Assembly: GCF_009914755.1 (NCBI RefSeq)
Contig: NC_060934.1
From: the human T2T-CHM13v2.0 reference genome, Homo sapiens
Strand: one strand, 5' to 3'
Length of the DNA: 64,000 bases
The position numbers and the translations under genes are program-made. Within the stretch, counting starts at the first letter, position 1. Each line of letters opens with the position of its first letter. The notes below the pieces were generated by a model that worked only from the letters and a program-made list of their open reading frames with translations, searched no databases and was not told the origin of the DNA. Below are positions 1 to 12,713 of this stretch, one piece after another.

Positions 1-204
1 TGGTGGTCAAATTAAACAACTCTAATAGGGTAAACTTACCAAACATACGGCAACCTTGTATTTGAGATTCCATTCTGAATTACAATTTTCAGACTGAGTT
101 ACTTTTTAAAATGCCGTTCAAAACATCAAATAATGTAATTATCAGTTGTATATAATTTTCCTTTCTCGAAGGAATGACCTCTGATGTTTGCTGGATGTTT
201 TTAG

Positions 205-267
205 GCAATATATGAAATGTCCCGAGGTGAACAGGATTTAATTGAGGATCTCAAACTTGCAAGAAAG
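205..267 (+). CDS. NET1: NET1 coding exon (start of DH domain, AIYEMSRGEQDLIEDLKLARK)
   Basis: TTAG acceptor at 201-204, GT donor at 268, 63 nt in phase 0. The peptide is the DH-domain first helix and splices in frame to the next exon. Confidence 0.95.
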
Positions 268-596
268 GTCAGTAAATAACTTTTTATCAGATGCCCTAGT
301 TTTTAAAAATTACATTTCACAAAATCTAAAGGATAGTTTTCTTAACCTTTAGAAGTAGAAGAATAGAAAATATCTACTGGTGAATACATTTTTTTTAGGT
401 GAGGTCTAGACACATCCTCAAATACAAGTATTAGTAAGAGAGTTTATTTGGGGATTAATACATACTAATTTATTTTATGTGTAGCAAACAGAATCCACGC
501 TAGCTTTTATGTAATTAATTCTCTTTGTTTCCAAGTATAGATCCCTCATGTTTTCCTCACATGATCTCTCTGTGACACATTTCTCCCCTCTGACAG

Positions 597-693
597 GCCT
601 ACCATGACCCCATGTTAAAGTTGTCCATCATGTCAGAAGAGGAACTCACACATATATTTGGTGATCTGGACTCTTACATACCTCTGCATGAAG
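597..693 (+). CDS. NET1: NET1 coding exon (DH domain, AYHDPMLKLSIMSEEELTHIFGDLDSYIPLHE)
   Basis: CAG acceptor ends at 596, GT at 694, 97 nt. Typical DH 'IFG...LHE' segment, and phase is compatible with the next exon. Confidence 0.95.
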
Positions 694-830
694 GTTAGAT
701 GTGCCACTTAATTGTCATTAAATCTAAAGAGCAGCGGTGCATGTAATTTTCAGTCTAAACTTCTAATGTAGTGCTGACCTATTTTTTAAATAAACCTGTT
801 AATGGTGTTTATGCTTTTTTATCACTTCAG

Positions 831-907
831 ATTTGTTGACAAGAATAGGAGAAGCAACCAAGCCTGATGGAACAGTGGAGCAGATTGGTCACATTCTCGT
901 GAGCTGG
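831..907 (+). CDS. NET1: NET1 coding exon (DLLTRIGEATKPDGTVEQIGHILVSW)
   Basis: Pyrimidine tract plus CAG ending at 830, GTATGT donor at 908. The 77 nt restore phase 0. Confidence 0.95.
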
Positions 908-1611
908 GTATGTAGTGAGTTGTTGACCCCAGATACAGTTTCTTACAGATGTGCCATGTTGCAGTTTCTGATGAATATGAGACAGATTTGATCCCACAAC
1001 TCTGTTCTACAAACACATAAGGCGTTAAAACTGAACAAATTTACAGTGACATAAGAAGTTACAGTCTGTTTAAAAAAAAAAAAAAACACCTTCATTAATG
1101 CTATAGGTTCATTTGTGTTACAAATACGTTCCTGCTTGGATAGAATTCCCACATCATGTGTGATTATCCGTTGCATTCTGTCATGTATGTTTAAGCGCAT
1201 GCCAAATGCGGGGCACTGTTTGAGGAGGAGTCGCTGGGAGTCAGTGATGAAAGGCAGTCTCTGCCTTTATAGCCTAGTGAAGGAATAGCCAAGCACATAA
1301 ACAGTCTCAGGGCTGGTGGCAAATGGAGGACACTCAAGTGTCCTGGGAGCACAGACTGCCAGTGTCTGAGGTTGGAGGGGAGTAGAAGTCATGAATCTTC
1401 ACTTGGATTTAGCCAAATTATGAAAATTTGAAGAGCATTTTGATGATTGCTAAAATGCTATTCAGCTTCCATTATTATCTGCCAGAAAATGTCCACAGCT
1501 TGTTAAAACTCTCAAGAATAGCTGTACATTTTGTGTTTCATGTTTGCAGGCTTGTTAATGCACTCGGTCATAACAGGAACACATCATACCTTTTCTTTTA
1601 TTACTCTTCAG

Positions 1612-1869
1612 TTACCGCGCTTGAATGCCTACAGAGGTTACTGTAGTAACCAGCTGGCAGCCAAAGCTCTTCTTGATCAAAAGAAACAGGATCCAAGAGT
1701 CCAAGACTTCCTCCAGCGATGTCTCGAGTCTCCCTTCAGTCGAAAACTAGATCTTTGGAGTTTCCTAGATATCCCTCGAAGTCGCCTAGTCAAATACCCT
1801 TTACTGTTAAAAGAAATTCTTAAACACACTCCAAAAGAGCACCCTGATGTTCAGCTTCTGGAGGATGCT
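1612..1869 (+). CDS. NET1: NET1 coding exon (DH C-terminal half, LPRLNAYRGYCSNQ...LDLWSFLDIPRSRLVKYPLLLKEILKHTP...EDA)
   Basis: CAG acceptor ends at 1611, GTAAGT donor at 1870, 258 nt. Contains the DH signature PxxRLxKYPLLLKEILKHT. Confidence 0.97.
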
Positions 1870-2294
1870 GTAAGTAGTCCCTTAAGTGATTGTTTTGTTT
1901 TTTAAGTTTATACATTAGGCTGCTTTAGAACGTTATCTTCTGAAGATGCTGATTCACATCAGCATAGTGAATTGTTTTGTTGTTTTAAGTACCCAGTGCG
2001 TTAGTACGCTGTGCACTAAGCAATAAGGAGCTGTGTATGCTGGACTTCGCACATTTTGTATCTTAAGGGACAGGATTCTCCTCTGATCTCACCTTGTCAC
2101 CTTTGAACAAATCACTCAATTTGGCTAGGACTGTTTCTTGATCTATAAAATGAACAGACTGGCAGAATTAACTGATTTCTAGAGTCCCTTCAAGCTTTAA
2201 AGTTCTTCCATTCCATATGACATTTTTGCTCTGCAGGAAGCAGAATGAGTTAATAAACTGAAGCTGCTCTGTCAATTTTATTTATCATTTTCAG

Positions 2295-2465
2295 ATATTG
2301 ATAATACAGGGAGTCCTCTCTGATATCAACTTGAAGAAAGGTGAATCCGAGTGCCAGTATTACATCGACAAGCTGGAGTACCTGGATGAAAAGCAGAGGG
2401 ACCCCAGAATCGAAGCGAGCAAAGTGCTGCTGTGCCATGGGGAGCTGCGGAGCAAGAGTGGACAT
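2295..2465 (+). CDS. NET1: NET1 coding exon (DH-PH junction, ILIIQGVLSDINLKKGESECQYYIDKL...GELRSKSGH)
   Basis: TCAG acceptor ends at 2294, GTAGGT donor at 2466, 171 nt in frame. Confidence 0.96.
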
Positions 2466-3433
2466 GTAGGTGACTTTTGCTGCCGTGGCAGAGCAGCCTT
2501 CCCTCCTGCCTCTTTAACTTTTACACGTTTGTTATGAAGCAGGCTTGTAAAGGGAAAGTCATGACATAGTAAAAGAAGGTTGCCAATTTTAATTTTATAT
2601 TACCAGCTTGATAAAGCCAACAAAGAAGATACCTTAAATGTCTCAGTGGAGAATCAGTAATACTTTATTTTTTAGTTTCGAAGCATAAATCAACTTGTTA
2701 GGCCAGGGGTTCCTGTCTAAATACAGTATTAGTTCCATAATGCTTAATAAAAAAGCATCCTTCAAAAAAAACTTCTAAGAGTTTATCTTATGCTTATGAA
2801 AGTGGTTTTTCGCACTACATAACAAATTTCTGAAGCAGATTGAATGAATGCAAATGTATTTTTTAAATGCTAATTATAAAAGTACCTGCTAGAACTAAGT
2901 GCAGTCACGGAATGGTATTTTTGTTTCATCATGCATTTTCAAAAGCCCAATTTATAAGTTGGAGTTTTGTTTAAAAAAATTTGAAATCTGACATCTTTGA
3001 TTTTTCCCTCACGAGGGGAAAATTTATAAAGGTATAAATTTGTGTGGGACAAAATAGAACCATTAACATTTTACCAGCTTGCATTTTTAATCCCTCCTTC
3101 GTGTTAGAAAACTGTGGTATACAACGCTAGTGTTTCAAGTCATGTTGCTACTAATAGGTCTTTGTGATGCAGAGCATTCACTTAGCTGCTGCTTAATCTG
3201 ATATTACATACCAATAAGAAACATTTTATTTATTCTGAGATTGGAAAAACTTTCCAAATAGAACATGCTTAGCCTTGAAATTGCCATCTTTATGGATTAC
3301 TAGATTTGTCACTTAGAGAGATCTTCGAAAAATAAATCTGATGAAATTAATAATGTCGAGTTATTTTAGCAATATATTTCAGTCACTTAAAAACACAAGT
3401 TTCCTATTTAGCGTTTGTTTCCCATTTCTCCAG

Positions 3434-3620
3434 AAACTTTACATTTTCCTGTTTCAAGACATCTTGGTTCTGACTCGGCCCGTCACACGGAACGAACGGC
3501 ACTCTTACCAGGTTTACCGGCAGCCAATCCCAGTCCAAGAGCTAGTCCTAGAAGACCTGCAGGATGGAGATGTGAGAATGGGAGGCTCCTTTCGAGGAGC
3601 TTTCAGTAACTCAGAGAAAG
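3434..3620 (+). CDS. NET1: NET1 coding exon (PH domain, KLYIFLFQDILVLTRP...FRGAFSNSEK)
   Basis: CAG acceptor ends at 3433, GTAAAA donor at 3621, 187 nt. Contains the PH motif YIFLFxDxLVLT. Confidence 0.96.
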
Positions 3621-3934
3621 GTAAAATGCAGTCCTTCAATAATTTAAAGAAATAGAAGCTCAGAACTGAAGTGAATTTAGTTTTGCCTTTAAGAATTCTA
3701 GAGATGAAATGGCTCCATTGTCCTATACTTGTTACATCCATTGAGTTGTCCAGGCCTTCCCAGCTCGAACACCCGCAGGTGTATCTAAGAAATAATGCAT
3801 AGGCTTAATGTATTCACATTGACATAAATAAATTGCCATAAATTGACAGTCACGTTAAGATTGTATGACCACTTTGTCTAGAATAAACCTTTTTTTAGCC
3901 TGATTTCTTTTTTTTTTCCAATTTTTTTTTTCAG

Positions 3935-4341
3935 CTAAAAATATCTTTAGAATTCGCTTCCATGACCCCTCTCCAGCCCAGTCTCACACTCTGCAAGCCA
4001 ATGACGTGTTCCACAAGCAGCAGTGGTTCAACTGTATTCGAGCGGCCATTGCCCCCTTCCAGTCGGCAGGCAGTCCACCTGAGCTGCAGGGCCTGCCGGA
4101 GCTGCACGAAGAGTGTGAGGGGAACCACCCCTCTGCGAGGAAACTCACAGCCCAGAGGAGGGCATCCACAGTTTCCAGTGTTACTCAGGTAGAAGTTGAT
4201 GAAAACGCTTACAGATGTGGCTCTGGCATGCAGATGGCAGAGGACAGCAAGAGCTTAAAGACACACCAGACACAGCCCGGCATCCGAAGAGCGAGGGACA
4301 AAGCCCTTTCTGGTGGCAAACGGAAAGAGACTTTGGTGTAG
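3935..4341 (+). CDS. NET1: NET1 terminal coding exon (PH C-terminal helix KQQWFNCIRAA; ends KRKETLV-stop, class I PDZ-binding motif)
   Basis: Long T tract plus CAG ending at 3934. The frame continues from the previous exon to TAG at 4339-4341. ETLV is the known NET1 C-terminus. Confidence 0.97.
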
Positions 4342-5049
4342 AGAAGGCTCTGTGTGTTAACTGATGGGAGAGACTGTTTGTTTATAAATGTGTACAGTTT
4401 TGTTTTCTCGTAAGGGGAGCATCATAGGGTTACTTTATACCAGTTGTAACATTTTCATTGTTTTTGGTTGTTCTTTTTTCTTTTTTTAATGGCAGCTAAA
4501 GATATACAGATTACTGTTAAATTGCAGTCCTTTTTTTTTTAAAGATATTTTCTTGAGTTATTTAGAACATGGTAAGCCTGGTATTTTTTAATCAAACAAA
4601 ATATTTATGAAATGGGTTTTCTCTTAATTCTGGATTCATCATGGCTTTCTAATACCAATTGTAATATTTACAATATTCACCAAAACTTAGAATTTTGCAA
4701 ATGCTGGAATTCTGCCAGTGTTTCTTTGCTAAGCCTTGCATGCAAAATTTGAAATTTTAACATTGGCACCCAAAACCTACATGGAATGTATGTCTGGAGT
4801 ATTTCAAACTTTACATTGAAACATAATTTCCTTGGAAAACAAACCATAAGCCTGAGGAGGTTTTTATCAACTGGAATGCTTTATATTAGTTTGTTTTTCA
4901 CTGTACATTCCTCATTTTACATTCATTTAACCTGCCGATTATTTAATTTTTTTATTGTAAAGTAGTTTTTAGCATTTGCTTTTATTTTTTTACTTTGATG
5001 CCTTTTCAAATTGGCATGTCTTTAAAGTATTTTTCTTCCTGATTAAAAA

Positions 5050-5094
5050 TGTGTGTGTATGTGTGTGTGTGTGTGTATATATATATATTTTTTT
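5050..5094 (+). repeat. Compound microsatellite (TG)n(TA)n(T)n in the NET1 3' UTR
   Basis: Read directly from the sequence. Confidence 0.95.
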
Positions 5095-5782
5095 AAATCA
5101 CATTAATTTTACCAAGTGAAACCAAGCCATACTGTTTTTGAGCCAATTAAGAAAATTGCCATTTTTAAAGTGTAGCATTTCAGGGTAAAGACCCATGAAA
5201 TGGCTTGATGTATTCTAGACTACTGAAAGAAAACCACTTCAAAGATTTTGTTGAAAGTTTTAGTGTTGTCTGAAATGCAAGAGGGAAGGTGATTGGTAGT
5301 GAGTTAAAAGAAAAAGAGAGGAAAAGAGAGTAGTTTTGTCTTCAAGTAAAATGTCTGGTTGTGCCAGACATTTCACAAGTGTGAAAGGAGATAGGAGAAG
5401 CTCAACTTGAGGGCGTGTAGTAAGTTGTAGAAGGCTCGAGGGGACGTGGACTTATTTGCCTTGGTTTGCAATACCTGCAAATAATGAGTTTGAAAAGAAA
5501 CAATGAAATGTGTTAAAAATTTGACCATATTAGATAAATTTTGGTGGATTTAGTCATAAGATGGAAAAAGACTGGTGAATCTTTTATTACAAAATGTTTC
5601 TGTTAAAATGGGATCATCATCTTTGAAAGGGGGGAGGAGGAGTAAAAGCCCGATTATAATGGTGATCAATTCAAGTCAGTGTTGACTATTCTGTGAAATA
5701 TATTTGGCCAGTGGAAATGATAATCAGAAAAGACTGTAAATAGATCCATCCAAATGATTTCTCTGTACAAATGAATGATACT

Positions 5783-5788
5783 ATTAAA
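5783..5788 (+). terminator. Candidate NET1 poly(A) signal ATTAAA
   Basis: ATTAAA with upstream TGTA (5764-5767). It runs into a genomic A tract, so internal priming could mimic a real site. Confidence 0.5.
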
Positions 5789-6439
5789 AAAAAAAAAAGC
5801 ACACACATAATCACCCTGAAGGTTTCTTGCCTGGTGGCTATGTTGGGGGCATTTGGCAAAATATGCTGGTGTGGCAAAGGAGGTAGTGGTAAGCCTCATA
5901 AAAGTTAGTAAAAATTGTAGTTCAACCTTTGAAATCATTGATGAATCAGCGAAAGGTAGGTAAGTCTTGTGTTAGGAAATCTTTTAAGAACATGGTGTAA
6001 TCAGACACAGCAATTGTATTGAAAATAACTGAACACCTGTTACTTTCTGGATAGGATAGTAAGGGTAGTAGTGGCAAAGGATCCTGATTAATTTCAGATT
6101 TTAATGTAAGTACCTCAGGTTCTTGTCTTTGGAAATTCACATTCATAAGTGTATATTACACCAATGATTGTGATCTGCAACACCAGAAAGCAAGATTTCT
6201 AATCATTTCCAGAGGTGTTGTATAGAATAGTTATTCCAGAGTTACCTTGATCAGCTTCTGAAGTTTAAGAAGCAAGTAATAGTTCAAGTGTTGTTAATGG
6301 AATTATGTTTTATTTAAAACCGTATCTTCTTTTGGTTCCCTCAAAGGTAAAAATAAGACCCAGAATCTGAGTAAATCTATTAAATGAATGTTCTTCAGAA
6401 ATAGCACCTGTGTTTGAGAGCATTCAGTGATTTAGCACA

Positions 6440-6650
6440 TTAGTTCTCAAACTTCTTTGGGTATCACAATCACTAGAGGTGCTTTAAAAAAAAAAAAAGT
6501 AACTGGGCCTCACCCCCTAACATACCCGCTGCAACCCCATATACACCATGTTACTGAATCCAGATTGTGGGGCGTCAGGGTAGAGGGCTGATTGTTTCTG
6601 TTCGCAAGCATCCCTCCTAGCAATTCCAGTGCTGTGAATTCCTTGGATCA
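6440..6650. mobile_element. MER5-like hAT DNA transposon remnant
   Basis: 'gttctcaaactt...tatcacaatcacta...actgaatc...gcaagcatccc' resembles MER5. Degenerate. Confidence 0.45.
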
Positions 6651-7316
6651 GCATTGAGTATTCACTCATCTATTATATATCAGCCCCCTTTGGGTAACTG
6701 CTATATAATAAGTCAACATGTATCCACCATATTCCTAGTTTTTGCCTTAACCTGTTCCGAGTCAGAGCTGAAGAGAAATTTCCCTGCCTTTTTACCTTTC
6801 TCCAGTGGGTGTGCTTACATATTTTCAGCAAAGAATAGTCTCTGCCCTGAAAATCTTCTTAAACTTCATGGTCCGTCTCAGGATGTGTGTATGCACAGTG
6901 GTAAGGGAAACCAGGTCATCTTATTAGCCATCCGTGGATCACAGGTAAATCACCCTGGGATCTATCAGGACACAACTGACCCATCAGATGTGTTCAGCGA
7001 CTTTTGTGGTAGCTGGGTCTACTTTGTATTTAATGCTTTTCTCAGTATGCAGACAGCATGATATTTGTTTCAAATATATATGGCTATAATGCTAGTAATT
7101 AATTTTACAAGCATCAGAAAATGCCTAGTTAAGGCCCCCATCTGTAAATGTTGATGACAGAGGCAGAAAGACCTAAAGTGGCAATGTTACAGTTTGCCTT
7201 CATCATATTCCTCACTTGAAATTCCTGCCTGTCGCTAGAGCTGAAACTGGCTAAGAAGTATACACTTAGGAGTCCTAGGGGTTCAAAGTAGATGATATCT
7301 CAGCCTTCAAATGGGC

Positions 7317-7637
<321 letters not shown>

Positions 7638-8499
7638 TAAAATTGGCATGAGAGAACACTGATGAAAGAGTAATACCCCTTTGTCCACGGAATCTAACTC
7701 CGGTGCGAGGAATGTCCTCAAGAATAAATCTCCCTAGACCCAGAGAAGTTTTCATTTTGTCTGCACTCAGCAATCCCCAGGACCAACTGCAAGACCAAAG
7801 ACTTCTCCCGGAGGGACGGTTATTCGAGTCCAGTGGTACTTACGCTTACAGCATGCATATTTGAGGTTCTAATGACAGCCAGGACCCTCTCCCCAGGAAA
7901 ATGTATGTACATCCACATCCACATGACTTTGGAACTTCAGGGATATTCCCCAGACCACCCTGTGGATGCCAAGTTGAGATCCTCTTGTCTGTCCTGACAG
8001 GACTCCAGGGAACCTGCCGGGGAACACGGATTCACTTTGTTCCTGTGGGTTCTCCGTGCACTGACATCACGTTTGTTATATAAAGAAGAGTCAAAAACAT
8101 CAACCTTTCACACTTCTCGCTGGTCTGCTAAGTCACACTTGTGACACATTCGACCGTGCTGAATATGTTTCTTTGGGATAATATAAAAGTATCAAGTATG
8201 CTTTTGTAAAGTACTTTCAATCTGATACCACATAGCCTTAGCTTCAGAATACTTCTCTCTTCTAAGACCTGTTCAGTCAAGAAATGTGCCTGTTTTCTTA
8301 GAAGGTGGGCTGCTTGTGAGACGGATGGATGCAGACTTGAGTGAAAGCAGGTGCCTTTCCTAAGCCTGGAATGACACAGTCCTGTACAGAGACGCACAGG
8401 TGTCTCATGACGAGTGGGGCATTAATTTAAAAGTGCTTGAGACAATTAGAGCTCATTAGGATAATAACTACCATGGATTGAAACATCAGACACATTTAA

Positions 8500-9280
8500 G
8501 CCCATAGCTACATAATGATTCTTCACAAAATAAAAACTTTGATTTCCTTTGGAGTATCTCAGGGAACGAATGTAGGGCTTTGAAAACTGTAAATAAAGGA
8601 AAAGAATCAGGCATTTATCCTCCTATTTCATCTGCAGACTATCAGAGCAACCAAATAGCTAACAAAGGGGAGATTGTCTGTGGAGCAGCAGCCCAGCTAA
8701 TAAATGAAGGAATGGTAGAGTGTCGCCATCTCATAGCCCTGATGCATTGAAGGATCATCAAAGGCACAGAACACACAAGCCACTAACTCCCGAGGGACCC
8801 GCATCCCAGCTAAGGCCTGCCAAGGTCACACATGAATCTGATCTCCAGGAAACTAAGACAAGTAGAATTTCTTCAATGAAATAGAAACCAGAAAAAGGAG
8901 AGATGGAGGGGAATCTATGACCTAAGAGACAATTGCAATGCATCGCCCTCATTTAGAGCTAAATCAAACTTTTTAAATAAGAAAATATCCAGCACTGAGT
9001 GTATGTTTAAAGTCAAGCAGTTACTGTTAGATTTTCGTGTTTAACAATAGCACTGTGATCAGAGTCATAGAGGCATTTACTGAAATGTTTATGGGTAAAA
9101 TTGAACGACAATTGGGATTTTCTTTGAAATTACGAGGCAGGAGAATGGTTGGGACAAAAATGAAACAAGATTGGCCATAAGTTGGGAATCACTGAAGCTG
9201 GATCAGACACACAGGAAATTCATCATACTCTTTACACACATTTGTGTGTATATTGGAGATTCTTTACTAAAAAAGCAGAA
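8500..9280 (+). mobile_element. Old L1 3' fragment (L1MC4/ME-like)
   Basis: Degenerate L1MC-type 3' motifs such as 'aaacaagattggccat...tgaagctgg...attcatcatactc'. Confidence 0.5.
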
Positions 9281-9289
9281 GTTAAAAAG

Positions 9290-9455
9290 AAAGTGTGGTG
9301 GCACATGTAGCCCCAGCTACTCGGGAGACTTGAGATGGGAGGATCGCTTGAGCCCAGGAGTTTGAGGCTGCAGTGAGCCATGACCCTGCCTGTGACTAGC
9401 ACTACACTAAGCCTGGGCGACACGCGAAGAAACCACCGCTTTAAAAAACGAAAAG
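9290..9455 (+). mobile_element. Alu right monomer (AluJ/FRAM-like)
   Basis: 'gggaggatcgcttgagcccaggagtttgaggctgcagtgagcc' is the AluJ/FRAM-type right arm. Confidence 0.85.
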
Positions 9456-10124
9456 GAAGAAAAGAACTTGTGGAATTCCAGTTATCTATAATGCTTCCAG
9501 CTCCTCAGCCTCTTAACTCTCGCCAAACCCTCAGCCTTTGCTTTTCAAAATACTGCATTTGCTATCTACTGTCTCACAGAAACGCAGACCTTTTGCCTGA
9601 ATTTCACACTTGCTGTTCTCTCCATTACAACTTGGCAGTCATATTAGGCTAATCTGGATTCTGGCTTCATTAATACAGCCCCTTTCCTCCCTCTCCTCTC
9701 CTCCTTGTATCTCTCTACCATGATTTGTTTCCTTTGCCAACACCTTTTTCTCTGCCACACAAACGTGGCTGCCACACTCCGTGTGAGCTGAGGCAATGAG
9801 AAGACACTGAGGAAGCTCCTCGGCCCCCCAGGAAGCAATCCACCCAGCCTGGCCCTGAGAATTTCACCAACGGCCAGTGCACTAGCTGCATTACCGTCTT
9901 CTAAGAAAGGAGATAGCGTTACAATACCTGGAAATGTTTGCTGTTGAGTAGACTGGAAAGTAAGGCAAAATTAGCTAGATTCAGAGGAATCTGATAATCT
10001 CCCATAGAATCGACATTGCTCAACAGCTGCTGCTGGGGGCGGGTGGGATAGCCTTTTGTTTTCCTCTTTCACTGGGCAGGACAAGCAGGGACAGATCTAT
10101 CAAGTTAGACCTGGAAACCCACAT

Positions 10125-10250
10125 GGATCACTTAGTCTGATCCCCTTTGCCAGCTGAGGAACCTGAAATCTACAAACATCAAGTGAATTGCCCAAGATCA
10201 GGCAGCTGGCTTGTGGCAAAGCTGAGATTAAATGCATCTGAGTGCCCCTG
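10125..10250 (+). mobile_element. MIR fragment
   Basis: 'gaggaacctgaa...aagtgaattgcccaagatca...gctggcttgtggcaaagctgagatt' resembles the MIR core. Confidence 0.55.
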
Positions 10251-10799
10251 TATTTGTTGTTCTTCCTTCCCTCCTTCACCTTGTCCCACCAGGCACCGGC
10301 TTTTCCTCTCCCGTCCAGCCTGCCCTCCCTCCAGCCTGAGATGTGGTCCCCCTGCCCCATTCTACCCTACCCCAAACTCCCAGGCCATGTTCTAAATGCT
10401 GGGCTCAGTGGTGCCCTCCCAGGGCAAAGCAGCTCTTTACCATGCATGCTCCCCACCTCCGATTCTCCCCCAAGTACCAGTATCCAGGGTCGGCCTCCTA
10501 AACCTGCACCCCTTCCCCCTCCATCATCAGCTCACACAACTGCACTCCTGCCCAGACGTCCCTGCTCCCTTTGCACGCTGACTCCCCAGCTTCCTCTAGG
10601 CCACCCCCACCCCCACCTTCCTCTAAGCCACCCTCAACCCCAGCTCCCATCTCCAGCAGCCGGCAGCTTCCAGGAATAATTCATCAGATTCAACCTCGGC
10701 AGCACCTGGAACACCTCCTCCGCTCTTGGGTACCAGCACACTCTCCTCATCTCCTACCGCCCTCGCCTCTTCTCCCTTTGGACCTCTGTTCTTCCAGAC

Positions 10800-11340
10800 C
10801 TGTAAATGTTGGAAAGCCATGGCTTAGTTCCCAGACATCTTGTTTTATCTACTGGGGAGTTTGATCCATCCCATGGCTTTAACCACCAACACCTGACAAC
10901 TTCCAAATTTACATCTCCAGTTCTGACCACCCCTCTGAGCTCCTGACTTGCTACCCAGATCCTACTTGACATGTCCTCTTCAAGTCTGATGTGCTTCATG
11001 CTTAACAGAACCCGAGAGGACTCTAGCTTTTCCATCCTGAATCCTCTGCACCCCCAGTCTTCCACATCTTAGTAAACGGCGCCACTCTCCACCCATTCTT
11101 GATTCCTCTACTTTACTCATGCTCCCTGACCACTCCATCCATAGGCTGTGTCAGCTCCGTGATGCATTCAGAATTCTACCACTTCCCACTGCCTTCATTG
11201 TTCCAAACACTATTAGCTGCAGAAAGCTCTTGCCTGAAGTACAGCATTAGCCTTTCACGGGTCCCCAAACTCTCACCATTCTTCAATCCATCCTCCATAT
11301 AGCAGCCAAATGATCTTTCTAAAGCAAAAATTAGATAATG
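10800..11340 (-). mobile_element. L2 fragment
   Basis: L2-like motifs 'tcccatggcttt...ccaaatttacatctccag...cctacttgacat' and 'gcagccaaatgatctttctaaa'. Confidence 0.7.
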
Positions 11341-11636
11341 ATAAAATATCGATTTAGTAAAATATTAGAGCTTTAAACATATTTCTTCTGATGCTAAAAT
11401 TATACATTTTTATCATGGAAAATTAGGAAAATTCAGGAAAGTATGAAAAAGAAGTTACTTCAAGAGAATGAGAACACAAGCCACGGATTATAAGAAAATA
11501 TTTGCAAAAGACACACCAGATGAAGGGCAGTTATCCACAATATGCAAAGAACTCTTAAAACTCAACAATAAGAAAATGACCCAATTAAAAAACTCACAAA
11601 AGACCTGAACAGACATCTCACCAAAGAAGATATACA

Positions 11637-11918
11637 GGCTTGGCGCAGTGGCTCACGCCTGTAATCCCAATAACTTTGGGAGGCCAAGGCGGTGGATCAC
11701 TTGAGGCCAGGAGTTTGAGACCAGCCTGGCCAACATGATGAAACCCCTTCTTTGCTAAAAATACAAAAATTAGCCAGGCATGGTGGCACAGGCCTCTAAT
11801 CCCAGCTACTTGGAAGGCTGAGGCACGGGTTGCAGTGAGCTGAGACTGCACTACTGCTCTCTAACCTAGGTGACAAAGTGAAACTCTGTCTCAAAACAAA
11901 CCAAAAAAAAAAAAAAAG
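11637..11918 (+). mobile_element. Alu (AluS/J) inserted in L1, with a deletion in the right monomer
   Basis: TSD AAGAAGATATAC at 11624-11635 and 11919-11930. The 'gagaatcgcttgaacc' segment is missing. Confidence 0.93.
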
Positions 11919-12310
11919 AAGAAGATATACGGATGGCAAATAGGCAAATGAAAAGATGTTCTACATCATATGTCATTAGGGAATTGCAAATTAAAACGAC
12001 AATGAGATCGCACTTCACACCAATTAGAATGTCAAGTTCCAAAACACTGACAACATCAGCTGCTGGCAAGGATGTGGAACAACAGGAACGCTCATTCACT
12101 GCTGGTAGGAATGCAAAATGGAAGCCAGTTTGGCAGCTTCTTTAAAAAACTAAACATGCTCTTACCCTGCAATCCAGCAATCTTGCTCCTTGGTATTTGC
12201 CCAATTGAGTTGAAAACTTATATCCACACAGAAACCTGCACACAGATGTTTATAGCAGCTTTATTCATACTTGCCAAAACTTGGAAGGAACCAAGATGTT
12301 CTTCAGCAGG

Positions 12311-12713
12311 TGCTACGTATGGTCTGAATGTGTCCATGAAAATTTGTATGTTGAAACTTAATGGTCAATGTGATAGTAGTAAGAAGTGGGGCCTTTAGGA
12401 GGTGATTAAGTGATGAGGCCAGAGCCCTCACAGGTGGGATTAGAGCCCTTATAAAAAGGCTGGGGAGAGTGAGAAGGTTCTTTCCTTTCCATTTCTTCTG
12501 CCATGTGAGGACAAAGTGTCCACCTCCCCCAGAGGACGCAGCAACAAGGCACCATCTTGGAAAACAAGAGAGCAGCCCTCCCCAGACAACAAATCTGCCA
12601 ACAACTTCATTTTGGACTTTCCTGCCTCCAGAACTATGAGACATGAATTTTTTTTCTTTATAAATTACCTAGTCTCCAATGTTTCATTATAGCAGCACGA
12701 ACAGACTAAGACA
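12311..12713 (+). mobile_element. MaLR solo LTR (MST/MLT1A-type) inserted in L1
   Basis: TG...CA termini ('tgctacgtatggtctgaatgt' to 'cagactaagaca'). Internal 'ggggcctttaggaggtgattaag' and 'cctccagaactatgag'. L1 sequence resumes after it. Confidence 0.85.

Larger units (their letters stand above)
4342..6405 (+). other. NET1: NET1 3' UTR (end approximate; alternative ends possible)
   Basis: U-rich sequence free of interspersed repeats after the stop. Variant poly(A) hexamers ATTAAA at 5042-5047, 5783-5788 and 6379-6384 (AGTAAA at 6370-6375). Confidence 0.65.
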
